Source: Promethearchaeota archaeon (GTDB lineage: Archaea; Asgardarchaeota; Lokiarchaeia; Sigyniarchaeales; SOKP01). From it: a stretch of 64,000 nt of DNA. Below, piece by piece: positions 48,010 to 58,124 of this stretch. Numbering within the stretch: the stretch's first letter is position 1; each line of letters begins with the position of its first letter. The stretch is taken from positions 96,001-160,000 of the forward strand of contig JAHPZE010000002.1 of assembly GCA_019058365.1 (NCBI GenBank). Reading direction: 5' to 3'. The notes under the pieces were generated by a model. It was not told the origin of the DNA and ran no database searches. It saw only the letters and a program-made list of their open reading frames with translations. A program made the translations under genes and the position numbers.

Positions 48010-48909
48010 ATGACAGAAAAAACACTTATAGTAGACATTAAAAGAAATGCCCTAGATGATGGTCCAGGAATAAGAACTCTTATCTTTTTTAAAGGTTGTC
48101 CGCTTTCTTGCGTTTGGTGTCAAAATCCAGAAGCAAAATCTCCTTTTTTAGAGCTCTATTTTGATGATGAATTGTGTGTTGAATGTCGTAAATGTTTAGA
48201 AGCATGTGCTCAAAATGCGATTAAATTTGATTATAAGTATCGTATTGACCGAAGCATATGTAACCTATGTGGATGTTGTATAGATCTATGTCCTAATAAT
48301 GCTTTAAAATTTGTAGGAAAAATTTATACAATTAAAGAATTAATGAATATTATTTTAAAAGATAAAATATTTTATGATAATTCTGGTGGAGGAGTCACCC
48401 TTTCTGGAGGAGAACCTCTGTCTCATATTGATTTTGTTCATAATTTACTCAAAGAACTTAAAAAAGAAGAGATCCATATATGTATTGAGACATGTGGGTT
48501 TTATAATAAAAATAAATTTAATGAGCTGATAGAACCTTATGTTGATTTAATTTATTTTGATTTAAAAATTTCAGATCCTAATCTCCACGCTCAATATTGC
48601 AAAGTTTCTAATGAGCGAATTTTGGAAAATTTTGAAATTTTAATTAATAAACAATATATAGAAGTTCTACCAAGAATCCCCCTTATTCCTGATATAACAG
48701 ATACATCAGAAAATTTAAATAAGTTAGCCCGTTATTTAAAAACTCTGCATATAAAGAGAATAGGGTTTGTACCATATAATCCATTATGGATATCCAAACC
48801 TGAAAAAATTGGTATCATGCCTTTATACTATCATTCTGAATGGATTTCTAATAAGAAAAAAGAGCAAATTAAATCATTTTTTTCAGATTTTGATTATAAT
48901 GATTTTTAA
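48010..48909 (+). CDS. Glycyl-radical enzyme activating enzyme (ferredoxin insert)
   Basis: DGPGIRT..F.KGCPLSCVWCQNPE, two ferredoxin motifs, SGGEP, ETCG. Confidence 0.95.
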   Translation: MTEKTLIVDIKRNALDDGPGIRTLIFFKGCPLSCVWCQNPEAKSPFLELYFDDELCVECRKCLEACAQNAIKFDYKYRIDRSICNLCGCCIDLCPNNALKFVGKIYTIKELMNIILKDKIFYDNSGGGVTLSGGEPLSHIDFVHNLLKELKKEEIHICIETCGFYNKNKFNELIEPYVDLIYFDLKISDPNLHAQYCKVSNERILENFEILINKQYIEVLPRIPLIPDITDTSENLNKLARYLKTLHIKRIGFVPYNPLWISKPEKIGIMPLYYHSEWISNKKKEQIKSFFSDFDYNDF

Positions 48910-49018
48910 ATCTTAAAAATAAATGAAGTAGTTTCATTATCAAGTATTATAAACTATTTAATATGATTAAATCTAATAGAATTATTAGCAGATTTTTAAT
49001 TATAAGGATGAATTAACT

Positions 49019-50821
49019 ATGGGAAAAATATTAAGAATTGATTTAGAATCTAAAAACTTCTTTACAGAAATTATTGAACCTGAATTAGAAGAAAAATATA
49101 TTGGAGGGTCTGGAGTAGCCGCAGCAATCTTTATCAAAGAAGTTCCCCCCGATATTGACCCTTTTGATGCTCAAAATCTCCTTATCTTCTCTTTAGGACC
49201 AATTTGTGGAACTCCAATACCATATTGTGGTAGACATTTTATTATGGCAAAATCCCCGTTAACTAGGATTTTAGGTGAATCTTCTGCTGGCGGCTATTTT
49301 GGAAATGAACTAAAGAAAGCAGGTTATGATCATATTATCATTAAGGGAATAAGTGAGACTCCTGTCTATTTATGGATTCATAATGATAATGTTGAAATTC
49401 GAGACGCTACAAAATTATGGGGAAAAGGAACTCGAGAAACAGAAGATTTATTGAAGAAAGACATTGGTGACGAAAAAGTAATAGTGACTTCAATAGGACC
49501 AGCAGGAGAAAACCTTGTTAAATTCGCTTCAATAATGAGTGAAAAAGGTCATGCTGCGGGACGTTGTGGCATGGGTGCAGTAATGGGCAGCAAGAATTTA
49601 AAGGCAATAGTTGTACGTGGTACTAAAGATGTACCAATCAATAATAAAGATAAATTAATGGAGGTGGCACAAAAAATAAGAACAATAGCAAAAACAACAC
49701 CTTTTTCTGTAGTTATGCATGATGTAGGTACTCTTGCACATATGGATAATTACGTTAGTGCGGGAGATGTACCGATTAAGAATTTCACACTAAGTCGATG
49801 GAAAGGAACAAAAAAAATTGGATTTTATTCACTAAAAGACAACTATGAAATACAACATTATTCTTGTTTCAATTGTTGGACTGCTTGTAGAGGAAAAATT
49901 AAGTATAATAATGAATGGGTGGTATGGCCTGAATATGAATTCTTGGGAATGTTAGGTTCTAATCTATATGTGGATGATTTAGAAGCTTTAATTAGATGGA
50001 ACATTATGGTTAATGATTTAGGGATGGATTGTATTTCTCTTGGTGGAGTTCTTGGAGTTTTTCTAGAAGCGGTAGAGCGAAAATTAATTGAAATTGACTA
50101 TAATGGTCTAGGGTTTGAAAAAGATCCAGAAAAGAATCACTATACTATTTGGGGTGCCACTTCAGCAATTGAAAATTTAATCGAGTTAATTGCATTTCGA
50201 AAAGAAATTGGGAACGATTTGGCTGATGGTGTTCGGATATTTTGTCAAAATAATAATTTACCAGATGATCTTAATATACAAGGAAAAGGTCTTGAAGTAC
50301 CTGCTCATGAACCTCGTTCGAACAATATAACAGCATTAGATCTCGCCACATCTTCTCGTGGGGCATACCATGGTTATGAACCCTTTCACTTATCATTTTC
50401 TACACATTTTAAAAAGGAATTAGGACTTACTGAAAGAATTGATGCATTTTCTGGAGGTGAGGAAGTTATAACTGCAGTCAAAAAAATACAAGATGCTTGC
50501 GAATCATATACAGCAACAGGAGGATGTATGTTTGGTTTTTTTTATTCTAGTGAGATTAGTCCTTGGGTAGATGCTGTTAACGCTATTACAGGTAGATCCT
50601 ATACAGTTGAAGATTGGGTAAGAATTGGTGAAAATCTATTTAATTCAAAAAGAAAATATAATATAAAATGTGGGATTGCTAAGAAGGATGATTCAATTGG
50701 AACAAGATTTTCAAATCCTATCCCTAAAGGAGGAACTAAAGGCAATATACCGCCTCTTAAAGAAATGCTGGAGAAATACTATAATCTAAGAAGTTGGGAT
50801 TCAGAAGGAAACCCCTCATAG
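49019..50821 (+). CDS. aor: Tungsten-dependent aldehyde:ferredoxin oxidoreductase family
   Basis: KSPLT, S.AGG.FG, IGPAGE, AGRCGMGAVMGSKNLKA, CxxCxxxC, PEYE, GMD.IS, KGLE.PAHEPR. Confidence 0.93.
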   Translation: MGKILRIDLESKNFFTEIIEPELEEKYIGGSGVAAAIFIKEVPPDIDPFDAQNLLIFSLGPICGTPIPYCGRHFIMAKSPLTRILGESSAGGYFGNELKKAGYDHIIIKGISETPVYLWIHNDNVEIRDATKLWGKGTRETEDLLKKDIGDEKVIVTSIGPAGENLVKFASIMSEKGHAAGRCGMGAVMGSKNLKAIVVRGTKDVPINNKDKLMEVAQKIRTIAKTTPFSVVMHDVGTLAHMDNYVSAGDVPIKNFTLSRWKGTKKIGFYSLKDNYEIQHYSCFNCWTACRGKIKYNNEWVVWPEYEFLGMLGSNLYVDDLEALIRWNIMVNDLGMDCISLGGVLGVFLEAVERKLIEIDYNGLGFEKDPEKNHYTIWGATSAIENLIELIAFRKEIGNDLADGVRIFCQNNNLPDDLNIQGKGLEVPAHEPRSNNITALDLATSSRGAYHGYEPFHLSFSTHFKKELGLTERIDAFSGGEEVITAVKKIQDACESYTATGGCMFGFFYSSEISPWVDAVNAITGRSYTVEDWVRIGENLFNSKRKYNIKCGIAKKDDSIGTRFSNPIPKGGTKGNIPPLKEMLEKYYNLRSWDSEGNPS

Positions 50822-51026
50822 AAGAGGAAAATACTAGTATTAACTTTATTTTTAAAAATTTTTTTGCATTCTAAATATTTACTCTGAAAAATTATCATAT
50901 TTAATATTTTGAACTATTTCGATTTTCTATATAGACTATATAGACTCTATATAATATGATAAGAAAGCTTAAAACTCTAAAATTTTTTATTATAATAAAG
51001 AAAAATGGAGAAACTATATATTAAAA

Positions 51027-51197
51027 ATGTTTAATCGATATCTCTTAACCTTACTAAATCAAAAGAATGAATATATCAAATTAAAAAAAGGAGTTTCACA
51101 AACACCTCTCGAAAAATCTATTGATGACATAATTGAAAAAATTACGCAAGATATCGATAAAATAACAAAATTAAATCAAATTGATTGTATATATTAA
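51027..51197 (+). CDS. Possible 56-aa helical protein (below track cutoff)
   Basis: MFNRYLLTLLNQKNEYIKLKKGVSQTPLEKSIDDIIEKITQDIDKITKLNQIDCIY*; upstream GGAG. Confidence 0.4.
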   Translation: MFNRYLLTLLNQKNEYIKLKKGVSQTPLEKSIDDIIEKITQDIDKITKLNQIDCIY

Positions 51198-51222
51198 AAT
51201 TACAAATTTAGGAGAAAAAATT

Positions 51223-51405
51223 ATGAAACCTATTTTTAGAGAGTTTTGCTGTCCACAATGTGGAGAATTACGGCATATAAAAGTTAATGGCATTTGTTTT
51301 GATTGTAATAATGAAAACACTCTTAATTCATTCGCAGAACAGCGTAAATTACAGCAAAAGCTCGCTATGAAAAATCATTCTCTCACTGTAGAGAGTTATA
51401 ACTAA
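51223..51405 (+). CDS. Small zinc-finger protein
   Basis: MKPIFREFCCPQCG...GICFDC; GGAG 8 nt upstream of the ATG at 51223. Confidence 0.65.
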   Translation: MKPIFREFCCPQCGELRHIKVNGICFDCNNENTLNSFAEQRKLQQKLAMKNHSLTVESYN

Positions 51406-51569
51406 AATTATTTTAGTTTTTATTTAACTTGAATTTTTACAATCGAATCTTTTTTATTTAAGATTTTTATCTCATCAAAAATATTTTAAATTTAGTACTA
51501 ATTAATAAATTTATAAATTATAGAAATTCTCTCTTAGAAATTAATTTCATTATGAAGAGATGCTGAAAA

Positions 51570-52391
51570 TTGGTAGAAATTATACAAATTAGCGATTTAC
51601 ATTACGGAAGTGAATTCAGAGAAGATTGTTTTGAAAATATTATTAGTTATATTAAAGAAACTCACCCTGATTTAGTTGTCTGCACTGGAGATCTGGTGCA
51701 TAGGGGAAGAATAAATGAATTTAAAAATATAGTTCAATATATAAATAGAATAAAGGATATAACTAGGTTTATGGCGGTACCAGGTAATCATGATGTTAAA
51801 AGTTCAGGTCTCGTATTTTTTGAGAAAATTATTGGACCAAGAAGATCTAGATTGATTTTAGAAGAAAAAAATGCCCTGATAGTAGGTATCTGTTCCGCTA
51901 GAGATGATTTGGCCGAGGGTAGAATCGGGGATGAGCAATTGGATTGGTTAGGCCGCCAATTTAACCGGAATTTAGAAGATCGAGTAATAGCATTACATCA
52001 CCATTTAATTCCAATTCCAATGTCTGGACAAAAATTTACAACAGTCCGAGATGCGGGAGAAATTTTAGAGTTTACTAATTTATTTGAAATAGATCTAGTA
52101 TTAATGGGCCATCGCCATGTTCCTCATGCTTATACCATTTCTTGGAAGAATTCATCAAGTACAACTTTTCTTTACAGTGGTACTTCAACTTCAAATAAAA
52201 TCCGTGCTAATGATGCCCCTAGCTTTAATCATATTTTTCTTAGTGAAGGTAATTTAGAAGTTTATATAGTTAATTCGGTAAATCTTAAGAAGAATTTATT
52301 ACTGGAAAGAAAGGAACATCATACTGAATTTATTAGACCACGAAAAACTAGAATCGAACATTTACTTGCATCAGAAGTATGGGATGAATAA
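51570..52391 (+). CDS. Calcineurin-like metallophosphoesterase (Icc/CpdA type)
   Basis: SDLH, TGDL, GNHD, HHH, GHRH. Confidence 0.9.
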   Translation: MVEIIQISDLHYGSEFREDCFENIISYIKETHPDLVVCTGDLVHRGRINEFKNIVQYINRIKDITRFMAVPGNHDVKSSGLVFFEKIIGPRRSRLILEEKNALIVGICSARDDLAEGRIGDEQLDWLGRQFNRNLEDRVIALHHHLIPIPMSGQKFTTVRDAGEILEFTNLFEIDLVLMGHRHVPHAYTISWKNSSSTTFLYSGTSTSNKIRANDAPSFNHIFLSEGNLEVYIVNSVNLKKNLLLERKEHHTEFIRPRKTRIEHLLASEVWDE

Positions 52392-52420
52392 AAAGAATTC
52401 TATAAAGCAGGTGTAAATAT

Positions 52421-52849
52421 ATGCCTAAACCAATTACACCGTTATTAACGGTTGATGCTGTAATTTTAATAAATAACAAAAAGGATATTATCTTAATCCG
52501 GCGAAAAAATCCTCCTTTTCAAGGGCAATTTGCATTACCTGGAGGATTTGTTGATATAGGCGAAACCGTTGAAAATGCTTGTATTCGTGAAGTAAAAGAG
52601 GAAACAAATATTAGTGTGAAAATTATAAAACTTATTGGAGTTTTCTCCGATCCAGACAGAGATCCAAGAAGACATACTATCACTGTAGCCTTTCTTTGCG
52701 AACCATTAACAAAAAAGGAAAAACCAAAAGCTTTAGATGATGCTGCTGCCCTAGAAGTTGTACCTTTATCAAATCTTTCTTCATTAAAATTAGCTTTTGA
52801 TCATATGGAGATTGTTAAGAGTTCAGGGATATTAGATAACATAGATTAA
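52421..52849 (+). CDS. NUDIX hydrolase (ADP-ribose pyrophosphatase-like)
   Basis: LPGGFV..GET...A..REV.EET Nudix box; RDPR; LAFDH. Confidence 0.92.
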   Translation: MPKPITPLLTVDAVILINNKKDIILIRRKNPPFQGQFALPGGFVDIGETVENACIREVKEETNISVKIIKLIGVFSDPDRDPRRHTITVAFLCEPLTKKEKPKALDDAAALEVVPLSNLSSLKLAFDHMEIVKSSGILDNID

Positions 52850-52857
52850 TTGGATTA

Positions 52858-53265
52858 TCATTTTTCCTTTATTTCATAGAGATTTTGAAAAGAATCTTTA
52901 ATAAAAAGATAATATCCAACACCATCTTTCCTTGGAACTTTCACGATATCATATCCTAATGAACTTGCTCTATTAATAAAATCATCTCTATTTTCTATTA
53001 ATAAGCATGAATGAGTAAAAGTGTCCTGTGCTTTACTTTCATCATCAGTAATAAAAACCTCAAAACTTAGAGAATCTTTTTCATATCGTATAATTTTTTG
53101 TTCTTTACTTACACCAAAGAATTTTTCCATCAAATCAGCTGAGACTGTGAATGATCTTGTTCTTTTTAACCCCAATAATTCAATAAAAAAATCATCTGAA
53201 TTGCTTTCGTTATTTGCGGCAATAGCTATATGCTCTAAGTTTTTCTCACCCATATTCATTAACAC
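52858..53265 (-). CDS. VOC/glyoxalase-family protein
   Basis: LEHIAI...FF..LLGL, H.CL, FIKD...N..EI. Confidence 0.8.
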   Translation of the reverse strand: MLMNMGEKNLEHIAIAANNESNSDDFFIELLGLKRTRSFTVSADLMEKFFGVSKEQKIIRYEKDSLSFEVFITDDESKAQDTFTHSCLLIENRDDFINRASSLGYDIVKVPRKDGVGYYLFIKDSFQNLYEIKEK

Positions 53266-53476
53266 TCATCCAACTCAATTTTCGTTTTTTTAACTCAATT
53301 TCCAATCGTATCTATATACAAATATTACGATTAATTTTATTTAATATCTTAGTTAATTATTTATATCGTTTTGTAAATTATCGCAATTGATTTTTTGTTT
53401 AAAATTTAAAAATTTATAGGTAACAATATTATTAATAAGTTTAAAAAAAAAAGAATAAGGTTAAGGTCTTTTGTAG

Positions 53477-54346
53477 ATGACTGAAGTCTCAGAACAACAA
53501 TTTCTTACTAAACTTTGTGAAGTGGTGTATAAATTATCAGGAATCGTTAAAACTCAATCTCCTCGTTTTAAGAAAAAATGGGACGAATACTTTGAGCCTT
53601 TTAATATTAAACCTCATATTGTTCGCCAAATACCTCTTGATAAAGATAGATTTTTAAAAGAAATTGATTACAGAATTACAGTCCTAAAAAACGTTGAACA
53701 AGCAACATTGGATGGCTTTTATTTAGTAAAAACCTTATTACAAACCTTTTATGGTTCTTATTTTGATTCTGAGCTATTTAAAAATGATTTTTCCAAGGAA
53801 GATCAACTAATATTAAAATATTTCGTCGCAAAAGAAATTTTAGGAAATCTAATACAATATAATAAATTAGATCATGAATCTGTTCCATTAAAATATAATA
53901 TTATTGCCAGAAATTATACGTTAATAAAGTTGAAAGGCCAAACAAATCATGAAATACTGGATAACTTAAACAAACTAAATATAAAGGATATAAAGTTGGG
54001 TGATGTCGAAAATTTCATGAACGAAATCGAATTAGATGGAATCATCAATACTAAAAAGAAAGGGAAAGACTATGAGTATAGTTTAAAAAAAGAATTAGAG
54101 TTGACTAAAGAGGGAAAGAAATACTATAGTCAAGTACTTCAACCACTAGTTGATTTTCCAACCCTCTTTTTTCGTAGCTTCTTCAATATCAGAGAATTAA
54201 ATGTAACTTTAGATCAAAACGTTTCATATCGTGATTTTCTTCAAAAAATCCTGCTAAAAACCGCTACACAAGGATTTTCTCCTACTAATTATGTCTTCCA
54301 AAATTTGGTTAAGTATTATGAAAAAATTAGGGACGAATTTACCTAA
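53477..54346 (+). CDS. Hypothetical protein (possible C-terminal winged helix)
   Basis: 289-aa intact ORF, no recognised family; the ELTKEGK..Y segment resembles a wHTH wing. Confidence 0.6.
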   Translation: MTEVSEQQFLTKLCEVVYKLSGIVKTQSPRFKKKWDEYFEPFNIKPHIVRQIPLDKDRFLKEIDYRITVLKNVEQATLDGFYLVKTLLQTFYGSYFDSELFKNDFSKEDQLILKYFVAKEILGNLIQYNKLDHESVPLKYNIIARNYTLIKLKGQTNHEILDNLNKLNIKDIKLGDVENFMNEIELDGIINTKKKGKDYEYSLKKELELTKEGKKYYSQVLQPLVDFPTLFFRSFFNIRELNVTLDQNVSYRDFLQKILLKTATQGFSPTNYVFQNLVKYYEKIRDEFT

Positions 54347-54361
54347 TTTCTTTAATTCTCC

Positions 54362-55171
54362 TTAAAATTCGAATTCTTTCATTACCTCCTCGACAGAATA
54401 ATTCTCATGTAGAATTTTACTGATAGCTCGAACTAATTTTGTTGGATCTTCCGCTTGGAATACATTTCTGCCAAAAGCAACTCCTGATCCACCTGCTTCA
54501 ATCGAGTCATACACCATCTGAAGTAAATCTGGAATGGTGTTCATTTTAGGACCGCCCGCAATAATAACTGGAATATGTCTTACTCCTTTAGTAATCTTCC
54601 TAAATGAATCAATATCTCCTGTATAATTTGTTTTAACTATATCAGCTCCCAATTCAACTCCAGCTCTTACTGCAATATTAACTACACTAGGATCGTTTTC
54701 ATTTGTAATTTTTTTTCCTCGTGGATACATCATTACTATTAAGGGTACACCCCATTCTCTACTACTTTCCACAATTTTTTGAGCGTCTTGAAGCATTTCT
54801 GGTTCATCCTCTGCACCAATATTTATATGTATTGAAACCGCATCTGCGCCCATTTTTAAAGCACGCTCTACAGAACAAACTAAAACCTTTCTATTAGGAT
54901 GTGGTGATAAACTAGTAGCTCCTGATAAATGAATAATCAACCCAATATCCTTTCCATATTGCCTATGCCCTGCACTAACCATCCCAGAATGCATTAAAAC
55001 AGCATTTGCTCCTCCTAAAGCAACTTTATCCACCATTGCTGCTAAATCTTCCAATCCCTGGATAGTACCCATAGTCAATCCATGATCCATTGGAATTATT
55101 ATAGTTTTTTTGCTTTCTCTATCAAAAATCCGTTCCAATCTTATTCTTTTACCAAGACTCAATGGAAGCAT
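54362..55171 (-). CDS. aroA': 2-amino-3,7-dideoxy-D-threo-hept-6-ulosonate synthase (class I DhnA-type aldolase)
   Basis: [43 protein letters not shown]; near prephenate dehydrogenase. A class I FBP aldolase cannot be excluded. Confidence 0.75.
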   Translation of the reverse strand: MLPLSLGKRIRLERIFDRESKKTIIIPMDHGLTMGTIQGLEDLAAMVDKVALGGANAVLMHSGMVSAGHRQYGKDIGLIIHLSGATSLSPHPNRKVLVCSVERALKMGADAVSIHINIGAEDEPEMLQDAQKIVESSREWGVPLIVMMYPRGKKITNENDPSVVNIAVRAGVELGADIVKTNYTGDIDSFRKITKGVRHIPVIIAGGPKMNTIPDLLQMVYDSIEAGGSGVAFGRNVFQAEDPTKLVRAISKILHENYSVEEVMKEFEF

Positions 55172-55322
55172 TCACTTTAATAAATTTATATAAACTATTC
55201 AATATAATTAGAGCATAAATATAAAATTTAGTTTATGTTGGTACTTTTAGTGTTTTGTTTTAATTATTTATAATGCACTAAATAATTTTCCATATTTTAA
55301 TTCGAAATATATAAATAGTTAA

Positions 55323-55757
55323 TTGAAGGTTAAATTATTTAGTATGGTAATTTCATCAAAAATAATAAATGTACTCCTTCTCAGTGGCGTAGTTCTTTTT
55401 TTTATTGGAACCTTTTCAATTATTTATTATTTCATAATGTGTTTTGTAATTGAGATAATTATATCTCCTTTATATTTTATTATTGGATGGCTATTATTTG
55501 TAATTGGAGGATTTTTTATTGGAATAACCCCAAGGAAGTATTATCATACTATAAAAAGGGGGAATAAGAGAATATTGGAAATAGAATTACTTATTATAGG
55601 TTTATGTGGATTAATATTATGTACTTTTATATCTATAGCTACTGATATTTATATTTATAGAAATGATGGGACATTTCCCTTTCGAACATTATTATTTTTT
55701 ACTGCTGGATTTGTAGGATTTATTATAATAAAAATAATACGGAAAAAAAAGCAGTAG
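55323..55757 (+). CDS. Hypothetical 4-TM membrane protein
   Basis: Four hydrophobic segments with basic loops. Confidence 0.55.
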   Translation: MKVKLFSMVISSKIINVLLLSGVVLFFIGTFSIIYYFIMCFVIEIIISPLYFIIGWLLFVIGGFFIGITPRKYYHTIKRGNKRILEIELLIIGLCGLILCTFISIATDIYIYRNDGTFPFRTLLFFTAGFVGFIIIKIIRKKKQ

Positions 55758-55803
55758 ACGAAATTATTTATGTCGTTATAAATAATAAATTTAATTATAC
55801 TTC

Positions 55804-56706
55804 CTATTCTTGTTTTAAAATTTTCATAAAATCATAAAAATATCTATAAGAATCTTTAAAATCATTATCTTCTTTAGAATAATCTAATGCTTCGTCAAAA
55901 ATCTGATTGAACTTAGATATATTCTTCTTTTGAATTATTGTTTTATATTCTTTTATTAAGCTTTCTAATAAATTTAACACTTTATGAAATTCTTGATTTT
56001 CTATTTGAATTTCTGCAAACATATCTCTCTCTCTTTGAATTATACTCTCAGCGAAAACTTTTTGTAACAAGAATGTAGTACCAGTATATTTCGTTAACTC
56101 AGTCAATGGTTCTTTTGACCTTCTAATAAGATTTAAAAAGAGAATGTTAAACATATGAGGTACTCCTAAGGTTAAAGCAATTCGTCTATCATGAATTTCA
56201 GGTGTACTCTCAGTGATTATTAGCCCATTTAATTCAAATAAAGTTATTAATTCATTTACTAAATCATCATAATTTTCTGTACCACCAACTTTTAACACGA
56301 TCATAACATAGTTTTTCATATCTTTTATACCAGGACCAAACATAGGATGTAGTGAAAGGCAATTTATTGGGTAAACTTTAATAATTTTTTGCATTGTATT
56401 CACGACCATGTTTTTTAATGATGTAATATCCATGAGTAAGGCGTTTTTTTTTAATAATGGGGAAATCTTTTGAATCATACTCACAGTAGAAGTAATTGGA
56501 ATTGAAACTAAAATTATGTCTGCATCTTTCACACTCTCTTCTAAAGAAGATTCATAGTTTATATCAAATTCATGAGCAACAATCTTTAATCTTTCCAAAT
56601 TTCTTGCATATATTGTAATTTTAAAACCATTTCTTTTAAAAAATTCTCCAAAAACTTTACCCATGCCACCAGAACCACCAATTATAGTAAGGTTTTTTCC
56701 TAACAT
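55804..56706 (-). CDS. tyrA: Prephenate dehydrogenase
   Basis: IIGGSGGMG, DITSLK, HPMFGP, HD......GVPH. Confidence 0.88.
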   Translation of the reverse strand: MLGKNLTIIGGSGGMGKVFGEFFKRNGFKITIYARNLERLKIVAHEFDINYESSLEESVKDADIILVSIPITSTVSMIQKISPLLKKNALLMDITSLKNMVVNTMQKIIKVYPINCLSLHPMFGPGIKDMKNYVMIVLKVGGTENYDDLVNELITLFELNGLIITESTPEIHDRRIALTLGVPHMFNILFLNLIRRSKEPLTELTKYTGTTFLLQKVFAESIIQRERDMFAEIQIENQEFHKVLNLLESLIKEYKTIIQKKNISKFNQIFDEALDYSKEDNDFKDSYRYFYDFMKILKQE

Positions 56707-56750
56707 CAGACTATCATTTATTTTATTTTTAATTTAATTATTAATTTTTA

Positions 56751-57626
56751 TTACATATCTTTTGTTTTCTTTATTGGGATATTGAATTCTTCTAAAAGAG
56801 GTATAAGATGTTTCTTGTCTTCGGAATTTGTCCCTTTCCAATCAATAATAAAATAATCAACCTTTTCAAGAGTATTATTTACCATTTGTTCAATTAAATC
56901 TTTATTTAATTCTTGAATGTAATATTTTGGACATATGAAAGACATAGCGATATTCGTATTTCTGATTAATCTATGAAAATTTGGAGCATAGTGAGTACCT
57001 CCAAATCCTAACCCTACTTTTTGATCTCCCATTTCTTTATATTCAATATATTTCTGAAAAGTACTAAAAATAGCGTTTGTTAATATCATTCCTGCCTCAT
57101 CTATTTTCCATTCCACCTTACTGCTTCCTAATTCCATGAAAATTAAAGGTTTATCTAAGATTGTAGGGCCATGGTGAGTTACCTCAATATCAAGTGAGAA
57201 TTCTGTTAATGTTGGGGGAAACTCTTGTTCAGTTAATGAAATAAATCCTGCCTTATGAAGTAATGCACTTGTTTTTGATAAATCTTGAGGATCTCCACCA
57301 AAATCTGTATCTTTACTCCAGTTACCAGTAGTATGAACTAAAAATGCTGGTCGGGTAGATTTTGAGGTATGACGACTTGCAAAAATAAGATAATCTGGAT
57401 TTATCTCTGATTCCTCTAATTTTAAATCATTCAAAAAAATTAATGGATCCTTTGTAAGCCCTAGCAATACTTCATTTTCAGTAAAATTTGTCGTTAATTT
57501 GAAAACGGGATTTTCATGCCATATGAAATGTGTCTCCTCGAAATTGTACACTTTAGAATTTATAAACTTTTCTCTTATGTTCATTGAGGCTTTATCCTCG
57601 GTTGAGGTTATGATTAGAAACTCGAT
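56751..57626 (-). CDS. dtdA: D-aminoacyl-tRNA deacylase (archaeal DtdA/GEK1 type); N-terminus extended to ATC
   Basis: FASRH.S, VH.TGN, EVTHHGP, ELGS...W, GFGG.HY. The upstream in-frame FLIITS..D.ASMN segment is the family N-terminus. Confidence 0.9.
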   Translation of the reverse strand: MEFLIITSTEDKASMNIREKFINSKVYNFEETHFIWHENPVFKLTTNFTENEVLLGLTKDPLIFLNDLKLEESEINPDYLIFASRHTSKSTRPAFLVHTTGNWSKDTDFGGDPQDLSKTSALLHKAGFISLTEQEFPPTLTEFSLDIEVTHHGPTILDKPLIFMELGSSKVEWKIDEAGMILTNAIFSTFQKYIEYKEMGDQKVGLGFGGTHYAPNFHRLIRNTNIAMSFICPKYYIQELNKDLIEQMVNNTLEKVDYFIIDWKGTNSEDKKHLIPLLEEFNIPIKKTKDM

Positions 57627-57740
57627 TACATATCACCAATGAGCTTTTTTGTACTATGTCTTTATTAATCTCAATAAAAATTTTATAATTTTAGTTAATT
57701 ACTTCAACTTTAATAATTTTTAAATCTATTTTCAATATTA

Positions 57741-58124
57741 ATGAGTGTTAATTTAATAATAGTTCTAATTCTTGCTTTACCTTTTGGAGTTTTATTTTTT
57801 ATCGCAGATTATTTTGAAAATAAACTCATTCAAGTACATGCTTCATTAATAGCGGGAATATCAGTATCGTATTTCTTTCTAATAGTACTTCCTGAAATTG
57901 CTCAACGATTACCAGAATTTCCTTTTCATTTGAAACTATTCGAATACCTCTTTGTGCTTATTGGCTTTTCATTTATTCATGTATCTGAAAAATTAATTCT
58001 GCAGAAAGCTGAGATGAAGACTCAAAAAAAAATGAGAAAATTAATCAAAAAATCAATTAATAATAAAAAAATGATAAGATTTGAATTTTTTATATTAATA
58101 ACGAGTTACAGCAAGACTGCTTGA
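57741..58124 (+). pseudogene. Probably truncated ZIP-like membrane protein
   Basis: Three TMs with S..AG.S..Y.F...LPE and G......EK match the first half of ZIP-type permeases; the sequence degenerates after about 58050 and overlaps the convergent gene. Confidence 0.5.
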
